The position numbers were made by a program, and so were the translations under genes. From Adineta vaga (taxonomy: Eukaryota; Animalia; Rotifera): a stretch of 64,000 bases of DNA. Below the pieces are notes generated by a model. The model was not told the DNA's origin, did no database searches, and saw only the letters and a list, made by a program, of their open reading frames with translations. The stretch covers positions 1,364,001-1,428,000 of the forward strand of contig CP075492.1 in the NCBI GenBank assembly GCA_021613535.1, given 5' to 3'. This document shows positions 12,185 to 24,417 of the stretch, piece by piece (the stretch's first letter is position 1; each line of letters begins with the position of its first letter).

Positions 12185-15100
12185 CTATATCGCTTCTATA
12201 GCTTGTTCGATGTCATTTTCAGTAACAAGTTTTATTTCCATAGTTTTTCTATAACTATTGTCAATACAACTACATTCGAGTAATAGATTTAGAATATGTT
12301 CTTCACGATGATAATCAGATGAGTCATTATTGACAAGTTTTATTCGTTGATGTATTTCAGACAAAGATATTTGATTATAACGAACGATGGATGACACAAT
12401 AATTGAGTATATACGGAATTTTTCATCGGTAATATTCGCGGATTGTATCAATTGAAATAAGTTTTCTATAGCGTGTCGATCCGATACTTGTTCAAATTCG
12501 AATGACAATCGATCATATTCATCATCGTAATTATCATTGTAAAACTGTTCAATCATACAAAGAAATTCAGATGTCAATACACGAAAACTCGCATAAAGTT
12601 TTATTGATATTTTACGATTGTTTGGATTTTGTTCATAATAAGATTTAAGTTGTGTTCGAAATTTCTTCTCATCAGGAATACGTTTTCTAATAGCCTTAAG
12701 AAATTTAGTTGAATTTTTCTCAATAAATTGTAATGTTATATCAATAAAGTTAATATGTGTAAGATCAGAAGAATCATTGTTCTTACACAAAAAATCATAT
12801 AAATCATCAATAAATTTTGGAAGAATTTCGTCTGAATATTCGTCAAGATAATCACAAATTTTATCCTTGGTATCTATCGTTTCATTAAGATGATAACTAT
12901 GTGAATCTATACTTTCATCATCAATTTCTTTATTAACAGGTGACCATTCATTAAATTGATATAAGGTTAATTCTAACAATATCCTGTATTTTGTTTCTTT
13001 GTTGTATGCATCTTTTTGAATATCGAAGAAGTTCGTAAAGATTAAATCGTAGTCTCTGCGAGAATTTTTCACTGCCATGAAACATATACTAGCTCGAATA
13101 AATTGTCTATCAAAGGGACGTTTGAGTATATTTTCTAATGCTTTAGATATATCTTCATTCATTTGAGCTCCTTCAAAACATAAAAGATAGTTTCCGTAAA
13201 CCAACAAAGCGGTATTGAGAACATCTTCTTCATATTCAGTCCATGAACAAATAATTTTTTCCAAGAAAATTGATATTTCAGTAAGAAGAACTATTTGTTG
13301 TTTTCCGATATGATTATATAAAAATACTGAATAAAGACTATTGAGAATTACTTTTTGTATTTGAGGAATTTGTTGATTATAAAATATAGTTAATAGAATA
13401 TAATCATACAATTCTTTTGGATAGTTCTGTTTATTACAATAACACATAGATATCTCAATAAGACATTTGATGATGGCAATTATATATTGTTGTTTAGTAA
13501 TGTTTATATCAATGATTTGTTGTTTAAGATGATTTATAAGATATTCTTGTAAATCTTTTGAAATACTTTTAATTATCAATAAAACTGATCTTGTTTGTCG
13601 GGATACTTCCGATGTAATTCGTTCGTATTCTAAATCTAAGATAATGTTTAAAAGATCTTGTTGTTGTAGATCAATCGACATATTTATCATTGATAGAAAT
13701 AAATTATTTTTCTTTAAATCATTTAAAAGTTTACCAAAACTATTTGAATTGATCAATAATGAATAGAACGAACGTCGTTCAAAATTTTGCTTGAAAAGCT
13801 TTTTATTTGTGACAAGCATTTCACTAATTATATCAGCTAGGTCAGGTATCGTTGAATAATGAGCAAAAAACTGTAGATTTTTATTCTTTCGATATACAAG
13901 CCATTGTTCAATGATTGACAAAGCTTTTCCTTCGATTTTAATACATTGAGATATATTATCAATAATCTCTTCTATACCTTGTTTATCCGATGTTTGTAAA
14001 TAGCTATTAATCCATACTGCTGCTCCATATGTCATTATTTTTTCAGTTTTTGATGAATTCTTCCATAATTGTTTTAAATCTATGATATTCTTTTGATTAA
14101 TTTTAGAAAACATTCGTAGAATTTGACAATCAAAAGCTAATTCAACGAAATACATTGACGATAATAAATTTTGATGTGGTAGATTAGAAGATTCTGTTAT
14201 AGACAAATATTGATGAAATATAGTTGAATTAAAAAGAAGATCAGATAAATTCTTTGTTTGTTTTTCGAATTCAATTAGATAATACGAAAGATCAGAATTA
14301 TTCAATTGTTTCAATGCAATATATGTTGCTTCTTGTTCAAGACGTTGTTGATCATTCTGAGGATTTTCAATTAATTTTTTACCAATAATATGACTGATTT
14401 GTTGAAAATCTTCTGGAAAGAATTGTATATTGTATGACATTGAATAAATAGAAAAGTCAATAATATGATTGAATTATTTGACTTCAAATTTATTAGTAAA
14501 CAATATACTTCCTTTTGTAAATTATCTATTTGTTCTGTATCGAAAATGAATGGATCTTTCATATCTAATATAATACTCCAAGCAATAATTTGTAAAATTG
14601 AATTTGAAATTTTTCTTATTGAAGATATTATTTCTTGATTTTTATCACGATTAAGATTGATTTGTTCGTATAACTTATCTTTACAAATACGATGTTGAGC
14701 TTGAAAGATTCGTGCAAGACAAATTGAAGCAGCAAAAAGTTGAGTATCATCTTGAGATTTCTTAATACATTCACGTTCGATTGAAATCAATTTATCATAA
14801 TCTTCGATTTCATTATTAAAAAAATCCTTAAACAAATCTTTGTTTTTCATAACATCATAAAAGTTCATTTGTTCTTCAGTTAAGTGAGTTGAATGCGCAT
14901 ATTCTTCATGAAAAAGCAGCAATGTATAATTTTCCAATATATTGTCTTCTAATAATCTAAATAACATTGGAAAAGTAAGAAAGAAATAAGAATTTGCTTT
15001 ATTAACATTTTCGAAATTTATCAAACATTGTGATAAGAATACAATTGGTGGTAATTGTAAATAAGAAACAAGTTTTTGCATAGATTGTGGTAGAAAACTA

Positions 15101-18100
15101 CGTGGATTTTTGTTGACATGTATATTTTCATCAATATTAGCTAAACTTTCTTCAAGAGGAAGATGGATAAAGTCTGGAAGATTTTGAGAATAATCATCTG
15201 TACGTTGATGCATTTCATCGTATAATCCAAATTTTTTCAATGCGGATGCACATGCAATGGAAAATGACTGATAGTCAATATTAAGATTTTGAGAATCAAA
15301 CGAGAAAATTTTCATAATTGATTTTCTTCCAAAATTTATTGACATGAAAGACATTCTGTCTGAATCACGAAGATTATTACGAGTGAAATATTGTTTGAAA
15401 TAAAACCATATTTGTTTGAATTTATCAAGCGCCAAAGGTAATGCTTTATAATGAGCATATTCTTTATAGATTAAGGGTTGAGAAACACCTTGTAAACAAA
15501 TTAATCCAATGAAAATCTCGATAATATCGAGAGAAATATCTGTTGGCTTAGAAATATTTAATTTATGTTTGAATTTTTCAATAAGATTATCAATTCTTAT
15601 TACATCGGATTGATCTGTTATATCAAAATAATGTAATTTAATTAATTTCAAGATTGAAGATTCAAGACGAATATATTGAAATAAATTCTTAAAGTCAACT
15701 GTGGTTTCTTCGAGAAAATATTGTATATCGCCAATTAATCCACATAGAACTGAAATGATTAATGGATGAGTATCTGATGAATATGTTGAACGTAAATTGA
15801 AATCTTTCTCAAAAACTCGCACATAAGATGTTCGAATTGTACGTCGTAGGATTTGATCAGTATCAATGAAAAATTCTTTTGATAGATTTGAATTGTACAA
15901 TAAACTTAGGGTTTCATAGATTATCGATGGTCTATATTTCTTTGAATTAAATGAGGATGTTTCATTTGAGTATGTATCATATTCAATAAGAAATAATTTA
16001 GAAATTTTTACTAATGATTTTTCATCTTGAATATGTAAATATATAAAATCCTTGATAAGAGTTTCAGATAATTTTAAGAGACTTGAGATGAAGTATTTTT
16101 TTGAGAAAGAATAACACGAATGATTAAGTAATTTGTTAAGTGCTTCAAAAAGAAGTTCCTTTGATGGTAATTTGTGTAGATCAGGAATTGAATCGAAGAA
16201 TAAAAGTATTCCAAATGGAATGGAACTGTTATTCATAGTTCTATTGAATAAAGATCTACAAAATTCATCATATTGTTCTAATGAGAATTTCCAACTAATC
16301 AAACCCATAGCTAAAAGTAGTGATTCACGAAAACGTGAATGAATAGTAAATGAAACCATACGGCGAACAATATCATCACTAGAAAAACGTGTAAGATCTG
16401 TAAAACCCATTGCAACAAAATATTCTTGAAATGATAAATGTAGAAAACTATAAACATTCAAAGCTCTTTCAGTTCCAATTCCAACATTTGATTTTAACCA
16501 AGAGATTATAATTTCAGTATGATCGAGTAATTCTTTGCGATTTGTTGATACTTTTTTTTGATTAAGAATTAAACAACATAATCGTTCGATATTAAAACCA
16601 TCGATAAGACCACTTGAAGATTCTAAATGAAGATAAAAAGCAAGTTGAATTAAAAAATAAGTTATGGTATTTTGTGAAATATTTTTATTATATTTCGTCC
16701 ATGAACATAATTCTTTTTCAACTGCATGACGATAAATATCTGCTCGACATTTAAGTGAATGAATTTCAGTTGATTGAAACATTAATTTAGAAATTAAAAA
16801 TAATAATGTTGAATTTGAACTTAATAATTTGAATTTCTCTTTAAATATTTGTTCGATAACATTATTTCGTTTTTGTGATTGTTCTTCTATTTTGTTTTTA
16901 TTAAAATTTATATTTTCCTTTTTTAAAATATTAATAATACTTTTTAAAATTTGTTTTGTCCATTTACGTACTAAACGTTTTGCATCTTTATGTTTTATCG
17001 ATGGCAATAAACTATGTTGAATAAATGGGCCCATAATCGAAGAAAATCGATAATTGATAATTCGACTTGTTATGATATTTGATTCCCAGCGGATTTCTTT
17101 GGCAGTTTTGTTTCAATAACTTCATTGAAGAGACGAATATTTCCAATGAATTTCTCGTCGAAAGCCGAGATGAAATCAGATGATTGTACATAATCTTTGA
17201 TAAAATTTTTAACACAACGAACAATATCTGGTATTTGTTGACCATTAGCTACTTCATCAAGTCCATCAAGAAGAATCAAAGCATGACCTTGAGAAATTAA
17301 TTCTCTTAGGATTTGTCCATTTTTCTCATCAAAACAATAACGCTTTGAAAACCAAGTATGTTCACCGATATAATCTATTAAAGTTTTTGTTCGATCTTGT
17401 TCGAGCCATGTAGCAAATTCTCCTATTCGAATTAAGATCGGAATACGAACTCGGATAGTAACAGATCGTTGTTGGTCGACTTTAAAGTTTACCCTATTAC
17501 AACCATTTTCAGCTGCTTCAGCAAATCTATATGTCAACCAACGAAGGAGAGTCGTTTTTGAATTACCTGGATCAGCGAGAATAACAATCCATCGATGCTG
17601 TTCTAATAGATCTGCTAAAACGACATGAGACTTTTGTCCATCAATGTTTGATTGATCTTTTGACGGTAAATAATTCGTAATGTCTGCAATGACGTTTTCA
17701 GATGAATAATTATCTCTCAAACGATCACAACTGAATTTATATAGAATTCGATCAGTGCAATCATATTCTATATTAATACATTTTAATTTCTCTTGTAAAT
17801 TTATCCAATTTTCCACATTAACAAAATCTTCAGAAAATTTCGCCATATCTTCAAATAGATTCTCTACTTGTAATTTCGAGTGAAATGAAATACAATTTTC
17901 AAAGTAAACTTTGAAGAATTGTTCATGCTCGTTTACGAAGTCCTTCAACTTCTTTTGTTTTTGTAATTTTTCAGCACTAATTTTGCGTTGCTGTAATTCT
18001 TTCTCGAATTCCATTCGTTTGCGAAAACTTCCTCCAAAAGCAGTTTTTTGTGGATTATCGTTTTTGCCAAGTATGTGTAATATATCTTGATATAGTTCGA

Positions 18101-18314
18101 TCCAAAAACGAATCGAAAATGAATTATTATTATTCAGTAGTCGATCTAATTGTTGGCAAAACAATTCAATTCGAATATCTTTCGGTGAATTCAATAATTG
18201 AAAGAATTGTTCAAAAGAACTACGAACATCTTCTAATTTGGCTTTCCCTGTATCTGAAAGATCTTTCATTGTTCGATCGATTTCAATTTTTACACGTTCG
18301 ACGATGCTTTCCAT
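12185..18314 (-). pseudogene. Large (about 2000 aa) intronless NACHT-domain NTPase with helical C-terminus; two frameshifts (about 17077 and 14430)
   Basis: Walker A-like VILADPGNSKTTLLRWL, RIPILIRIGEF, Walker B LILLDGLDEV. GNQI/ITSR is restored across the frameshift; YSFLHLSFQEYF winged-helix motif. Three abutting ORFs join by frameshift with no intron signals. Confidence 0.8.
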
Positions 18315-18973
18315 GTTTGTTTTGTCAGTACAAAGTGCAGAAAAAAAATAGATACGCTCGTATACGAAGACGAAAAAAATATTAAGTAAACAAAGAAAAA
18401 AAAATGTGATTCGTCGGTTTTTGTTAATGTTGAAACTGATTATTACATAAGATAAACTAGCTACACATTTAGTTCTTTTTTTTCACAATCAAAAATTTCT
18501 TTCAAATTGATTTTAATTTTATCATAAATTTATATTTGATAAGTGATTAGAACCCGATGACTCATATGTTTTATCAGCAGATTAGAGTTCCGATAATGCA
18601 CATTGCATGGATACAATAGTTTCATGAAATTCGAGTGTCAACAAATTCTGTATTTAATGAAGAATCAAATGATATATCTTTTACTTGGAGTAAATTCATA
18701 GAAATATAATTTCGAGATTAAAAAAACATTGGTTTGTGCAGCCATCTGTAATATTCGTCATATCATTGGTTTATCACATATAACAATCCATTTCTATCTG
18801 GTACGGAAGTAACTGGCAGGATCCATGAATTTCCGCTGATTTTCAGCAGCGGGATCCCAACTTCGTATCTGATCACCAGTTTACGACACAGTTCCAGTCG
18901 ATTCCGGGAGGTTCTGATAATGGTTCCAGGACTATCCTTCGGTGTACGGTTTGCTTTCAGCCGGTTTTCGGTA

Positions 18974-19037
18974 GTGGGAATGAGAGGGTGAGTGAGATAT
19001 TTTTTTCATTAATTCCAGCAACACCCACACCCTCAAG
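18974..19037. repeat. Telomere-like palindrome
   Basis: gtgggaatgagagggtgagtg...acacccacaccctcaag. Confidence 0.7.
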
Positions 19038-19529
19038 ATGATACACAAACATGTTTTGGACCAGATAAACTGAAGTTTGTCGATAAATCTTCTTTATTTT
19101 CCTTTCACTTAGAAAAGTGTGTAGCTATAGGTATATATCCTACCCTCACACATTTCTTCAACGTTGATAAGAAAAAGGATACATCTTTTTAGATTATAAA
19201 CAATCTACTGTATCAAAGTTATTAGCATTGTTATGTTTCGTTAACGAGTTGCTCTTTCATCTGTCAATTCAGAAATATTTCACCGTCTCATAGACAAAAT
19301 TGTGATTAGATTGATTTTATATTTTCATGGTTATCAAAACCAACTTTATTTGTCTAGTAAGGACAATGCTCAACCTTAACGTATTATACTTTTTACTTAA
19401 CAATAACCTTCTATCCAATGATGTACTGTTAAATGGCGCATGACAAGAAATAAATCATATTCATATAAATAATCGTTATAAACGTGTATATGTTCATTCG
19501 TTTATATAAAAAAAGTTTCTATAGATAAT

Positions 19530-19814
19530 ATGAATTCAGACGACGCTGTTTTTCGTGGATTTGCTGGTGGATACGATTCGGGTAAGATTTCATGTATTTT
19601 CAAACTAATAAAGAAACTTTCTTATTTTTCTCTTTGAAAAGTTCCTGGTATAGGAAATGTTCCTCCATCAACAGGTGGTTTTGAAGGAACAAGAAACATT
19701 CCAGTAGATGCACATACTCGTGTTGATCCAAGTCATTTCTCTGGTATTGTTCATTGGGGTCCAAAAGAAGTTGTTTCAGGCGAAATAATTCAAACATCTG
19801 CAATTGATCATTAA
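19530..19814 (+). CDS. Small 2-exon hypothetical protein (74 aa), exons 19530-19581 and 19642-19814
   Basis: ATG...TCG G|gtaag ... aaag|TT CCT, phase-consistent 60-nt intron; MNSDDAVFRGFAGGYDSVPGIGNVPPSTGG...AIDH*. Not in ORF track. Confidence 0.65.
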
Positions 19815-20300
19815 ATGAAATATTTTGAATACATTGACTTCATTCGATCGAAATTTATTAAATATAAACACGTAGATTTGTTTGTTTGTTTTTACAAATA
19901 AATCATCGATAACAGTTGATGAAAACGCATTTAATTGATTAAATATGAGATTTGATCTTTTTTTCTATTGAACGAAGAGAAATGTATTACTGTGTACTTG
20001 ACAAGAAACTTCATTTCAAGGTCATAAATGTTATTCCTAGAATTCAGTTATCCATCACATGCTCATGTTATATCTCTGCAAACAAGATAAAATATATTAT
20101 ACAATGGAGAAAACTGTAATTAAGACAAGAATATATTCAATAAAATTAATGGATTTTATCCAAATAATATAATTATTTGCATGAATTAGTTTTCGTTTCT
20201 TTGATTGGTGTAAGAAAAAACCCACATGTTCATGAGGCATTGTTCTTTAACAAACTATTATTTTCTTTTTTTCTTTTAATGCTTGTTGAGGGCGTGGGTG

Positions 20301-20930
20301 TGAGTGAAGAATCTGTAAAAACACGGTCATAAGTTTGAATAGTATCACTTAAAAATTATATTAACAGTGAGCATTTTTGTAGTGGAACTATTTTGTCTAA
20401 CTCATATGAAATCGTAACTCCAGCACATTGTATCTCCCACCCTAACATTTTTACATCATACGTCAAAATCCATAGAAAAACAATATACTTTTTCTAGAAG
20501 GTTAATATATTCTCATATTTATCGAGAGAAGGTCACATAGCAAATCTCATACACATTTACTGTGATCTGATACATCAAATCACTGCATAAATAAACTATC
20601 TATTCGATTCATCATATAATCATCCGGTGAAAACTGCCGTCTCAATAACAATGGGCTGATCCAAAAATTAGCCCGTATTCAACTCAATATCCACCTGAAC
20701 TTTTCATCAAATGTTTTCTCACGAATAAAATCATTTCGGATCAATATAGAAACAAATGAATATACTTCAAGGAAAATAAATCTTTATTTTCTTATTGAAA
20801 ATGTTGTGTTTTAGAAACAATTCACTAATAGTAATGTATTTTATTATTAATCAATGAAAATACATCAGATATTCCAAACTCTTCAATTACCGAATTAATG
20901 ATAAAATAATTCTATATAAAATGGGTAAAA
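20301..20930 (+). repeat. Dispersed duplication copy A (paralog at 24811-25348)
   Basis: Shares tgagtgaagaatctgtaaaaacacggt...gagcatttttgtagtggaacta...caattaccgaattaatgataaaataattct...aaaatgggtaaaa with copy B; copy A has about 100 extra nt. Confidence 0.85.
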
Positions 20931-20931
20931 A

Positions 20932-20995
20932 TGGGTGTAGGTGTGGGTTGAAAAAAAGAATCGATACCAACACCCACACACACCCACACCCTCAA
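20932..20995. repeat. Telomere-like palindrome (an unpaired G-arm also lies at 20286-20306)
   Basis: tgggtgtaggtgtggg...cacccacacacacccacaccctcaa. Confidence 0.75.
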
Positions 20996-21328
20996 TTTTA
21001 TTCACCCTCCATGTCGATTCTATAGTAGACAAGACGAAAGCATTTGCTGATATGCATGAACTTAGTGTTATTTCTGACGAGTCCGAGGTATCTTTAAGCT
21101 TAGTTCTATTTTTCGTATCAACTCCATAGATTTTGATGTCAATTAAATTGGAATATTTAAATGTCCTTATGCAGCAATGATGAACATAAGTTGACGCCAA
21201 TTTTCGAGTGCATTAAGAATCAACTTTGTATTCAACAAACAACTCTATGCACATTAGGCAGAATATTATGGATGATAGGCAAATTCGATTTAGCTAACAA
21301 ATTCTACAATCGTTGTTTATCTGAACTT
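20996..21328 (+). pseudogene. Fragment of ADP-ribosyltransferase(ART)-TPR protein
   Basis: ILFTLHVD..TKAFADMHELSVISDESEV (ExE-like) then LGRILWMIGKFDLANKFYNRCL (TPR). Frameshifted, with no start or end, and bounded by palindromes on both sides. Confidence 0.6.
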
Positions 21329-21390
21329 CTTGAGGGTGGGTGTGGGTGTCTTCTTAATGCTTATCCTTGACGCGAAGACCCATATCCTTA
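21329..21390. repeat. Telomere-like palindrome
   Basis: cttgagggtgggtgtgggtg... degenerate acccatatcctta. Confidence 0.65.
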
Positions 21391-21590
21391 TGTATAAACG
21401 ATAAACGAACGACACTTTTCTCGTCTGTATTGATTAAAACGAATAAAACTTTAGTTGAGTTTCAATGCACATACTACATTAGTTTATTGAAAAAAGAAAT
21501 CATTAGTCCTTTTTCTTCCAGTGCAATTTCTGATATATCAGCAGCATTTTTTTTCTAATCCAGCTTTAATGAACGATATTCCGGACAGAC

Positions 21591-21640
21591 GAGAGTGTGA
21601 GAGTGTGAAGAGAAGAGAAATACCTACATCTACACACTCT
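21591..21640. repeat. Telomere-like palindrome (degenerate), abutting the transferase stop codon
   Basis: gagagtgtgagagtgtg...cctacatctacacactct. Confidence 0.5.
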
Positions 21641-21641
21641 T

Positions 21642-22973
21642 TTAACGATATTTTCTAAAAGTATGATCATTTTCTAAATTTTTCATAGTATCTACATTTA
21701 AACCAAGAAGAACATCAATAGCACCATCATTTTTTTCTGTAGAACAAAAAATTGCAGCGCCATTCATTGTTTCTAATAATGGTAAAGTGATTCCACACGG
21801 TTGAACATTCAGTTCAAAATCAGAATCAACATACATGCCCATTTTATTCCATGCTGTGATAAGAAAATCTGTTGTAATTGGATTACAGGCTGGTCTAATG
21901 TTTGATTTATCTGGTTGATGAACAATCCAATTGAGAATACGTTCGATTTCTTCATTCGTTGTTGTATTAATAACTCGATGAACTTGTGCAGCCCAAAATG
22001 ACAATTGATCAATATTCATCAGATCTCTAGTTGTTGTTTCTAAACAAGAATATAAGACAGCGTTACCAAAATAATTCGATGGAATATTTGGTTGTTGACG
22101 ACGCGGACGAAGATTTGTCGAAATATAAAGTTTCGATACTGATGATGAAGGTAGACAACGAGCGAGAGTTACATGTCGAAAAAGATGTGCAGTAAGCACA
22201 TGAAAAGTTGAAATATAATGAACATCAGCTGATAAATGTGCTTTTGCATTATTCTTCATTCGTTCTAATTCATCGACAGAAAATCGAAAGATTTTGACGA
22301 TACATGGAATAGTTTCAGTCATTGATGAAGATGTTTCTTTCTTAAGAGTAAATGTATTTGGTTCATGTATTTCAATATTAGATTGAGATGGATAGAGAAG
22401 AGATCGTTGGTGACAGACAATTGGTTGATAATTGAATTGATGATAGAGACGTACCCAATCTCGAATTAATTGAAAATATGAATGAGCATCAGCAAGACAA
22501 TGATTTAATTGAATGGTGAGAGCAACACTACCACAAATAAATCGAGTATGACGAATATGAAAGAATGCTCCAGGGTCTGTTTTATTAGTTAATTCAAAGG
22601 AATTTGTTGTTGATAATATTAAATCTGACATTGGAATATCAATCGATACTGCATTAAATAAAACTCCACCTTTATTATCATCGAATACTATAGATGTACT
22701 TTTATCAGTTTTATTGACATCAAGAATACCAGTAAGAAGAGGATAAGAATCAATTAATTTTGTTAAACTGGTCAGTAGTCGATCAATATTTATGAATTGA
22801 TCATTTGGTTGTTTTTGATGAAATGACCATTGTTGAATGTCATAAAAATATATGCAACAGATCGGATAAAATTCTGCTGGCATGATCCAATCATTTGGCG
22901 ACAGTTTCAATGAATGAAAAGGATAAGAATTTGATGGAAGTCGAATAATTGTTGATAATATTTCTTTGATCAT
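21642..22973 (-). CDS. BAHD/transferase-family CoA-dependent acyltransferase (intronless)
   Basis: YPLLTG, HxxxD (NHCLADAHS), NLRPR..P.NYFGNA, DFG-like SDFEL, GAIDVLLGL. Confidence 0.88.
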   Translation of the reverse strand: MIKEILSTIIRLPSNSYPFHSLKLSPNDWIMPAEFYPICCIYFYDIQQWSFHQKQPNDQFINIDRLLTSLTKLIDSYPLLTGILDVNKTDKSTSIVFDDNKGGVLFNAVSIDIPMSDLILSTTNSFELTNKTDPGAFFHIRHTRFICGSVALTIQLNHCLADAHSYFQLIRDWVRLYHQFNYQPIVCHQRSLLYPSQSNIEIHEPNTFTLKKETSSSMTETIPCIVKIFRFSVDELERMKNNAKAHLSADVHYISTFHVLTAHLFRHVTLARCLPSSSVSKLYISTNLRPRRQQPNIPSNYFGNAVLYSCLETTTRDLMNIDQLSFWAAQVHRVINTTTNEEIERILNWIVHQPDKSNIRPACNPITTDFLITAWNKMGMYVDSDFELNVQPCGITLPLLETMNGAAIFCSTEKNDGAIDVLLGLNVDTMKNLENDHTFRKYR

Positions 22974-23276
22974 AATTGAAAAAATGACTTGATATCAATC
23001 ATACATCAAGAATATGTTACCTTTTATTCATTCGTTCTCTAATCTATAATGAAGTTTTTTATTTATAAGTAAGAAAAAATGATTTCATATCCGTTGTATA
23101 CAAAACTCCATGGTGGTCATCCTCATAGTACTGATAGATGTCGACATATATCTTCAATTTTATTATCAAAATTATTTTATAGCCGTCTATTTTGTTGCTC
23201 TGATTCTCTTTGACAAAATATTACAATACTGTATCTATTTCTTCTCTTGAACAGATAAGATAGCGGTCAAAGTTTC

Positions 23277-23460
23277 TTTTTGTGTACTCAAAAAGTGAGT
23301 ACACTACTAGAATCGGTCAGTGTGTCCGTCCGTTTACACGATGACCCGTCACAACTACATCCGATTGAGCTGAAATTTTGTATACAGAATTATCTCATCA
23401 ATATCTCAGTCGAGTTTGAATATGAGCGTGATTGGAGGAGCCATTGCTGAGTTATTTAAA
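23277..23460 (+). mobile_element. Helentron-associated (DINE-1/HINE-like) non-autonomous element, 5' part
   Basis: T-run, hairpin gtgtactca-aaaag-tgagtacac, tgtccgtccgt microsatellite, ccgattgagctgaaattttg; second copy near 31989. Confidence 0.6.
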
Positions 23461-23469
23461 CTGAAAAAT

Positions 23470-23533
23470 AGGGTGGGTGAGGGTGTGAATATGAGTGTGG
23501 TACCTATACTCTCACCCTCACTCGCACCCTTAA
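23470..23533. repeat. Telomere-like palindrome
   Basis: agggtgggtgagggtgtg..gagtgtgg-tacctatact-ctcaccctcactcgcacccttaa. Confidence 0.75.
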
Positions 23534-23683
23534 ACTCTATTGTGAATGTGTCTATTTAATCGTTTATTTTCCATCTTTTGATTTAGTTAAAATTAAGCAA
23601 TAAAGACGTTCAGGTTATAGAAGGAATAAGATCAGATGAGTCTAATTACATTTCCATGAGAGAGAAGAAGGAGTCTCTCTCTC

Positions 23684-24366
23684 TCAATTCTTGCTCTCAT
23701 AATAATGATGTTGGGTCAGTTTTTGCCCACTTGGACCAGCATTGAAGTGTGGAGGTTGACTTCCTCCATCTGGATAGACAGTGGCCTTATCTTCTCGAAT
23801 GGTGATCTTTTGTTTGTCTTTGTTCAAAAACTCCCATTGATTCAACTTTTTGCCAGTACGCTTTCCATAACTCATTTCATCCACTTTCGTGTGTGACACT
23901 GGTTGAGCATTACGCAAAATTTTGTTGGCATCTAGAGCAGCGAACCAAGCCTGTTGTCGATTAGCACGTTGAGTATCTGGAAAATAAGAAGAAATAAATG
24001 AAACATTTTACTGCCCATTCTTAAATGATTTCGATGAATTTCAAGCATTGATACTTCTCTTTCCTCCTTCTATAAGTTCAGTGCCTACCTCCTAGTCCGA
24101 GTCTGAGAGTGGGACGGCTAGGAGGCGTTTGGGGACGTCGTCCTCCGCCTCCACGTCGAATTGCTCGAATAGCACGAACTTTCCAGTGATCATCATCAGT
24201 TGATAATTCAGGAAAATCTTGTTCAATGGGAAGGCTAAAGAAGAGGAAAAAAGACTTAGTCCACATATACTTCAGTTACATGCACCAACCTTTCATCCGT
24301 CGAAATGTAGGAGACGAAGAGAGCAAGTAGAGCCAGATAAGAGATGAGTAGTGTAGCTGAATGCAT
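23684..24366 (-). CDS. Secreted prepro-protein (171 aa) with C-terminal bacterial polymorphic-toxin-like HNH/EndoVII nuclease domain; exons 24366-24290, 24234-24089, 23976-23684
   Basis: GT-AG introns of 55 and 112 nt join in frame (516 nt). Signal peptide MHSATLLISYLALLALFVSYIST; C-terminus ITIREDKATVYPDGGSQPPHFNAGPSGQKLTQHHYY. Confidence 0.75.
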
Positions 24367-24407
24367 TTGTTCGATCGAATTGTAGACAAAAAGAACTGCA
24401 TGGTACT

Positions 24408-24417
24408 TATTTATATA
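24408..24417 (-). promoter_or_regulatory. Candidate TATA box of the toxin-like gene
   Basis: TATATAAATA on the minus strand about 45 nt upstream of ATG; weak evidence in AT-rich DNA. Confidence 0.35.

Noticed and set aside
18798-18973. GC-richer CCGG/TTCC segment as an ncRNA
   Set aside because: No tRNA, rRNA or snRNA motif was recognised; more likely a TE remnant, unclassifiable by eye.
21642-24366. Bacterial or fungal contamination explaining the foreign-looking genes
   Set aside because: The toxin-like gene has spliceosomal introns, the transferase shares the host's AT-rich composition, and both are interleaved with the same host repeats as the GPCR genes.
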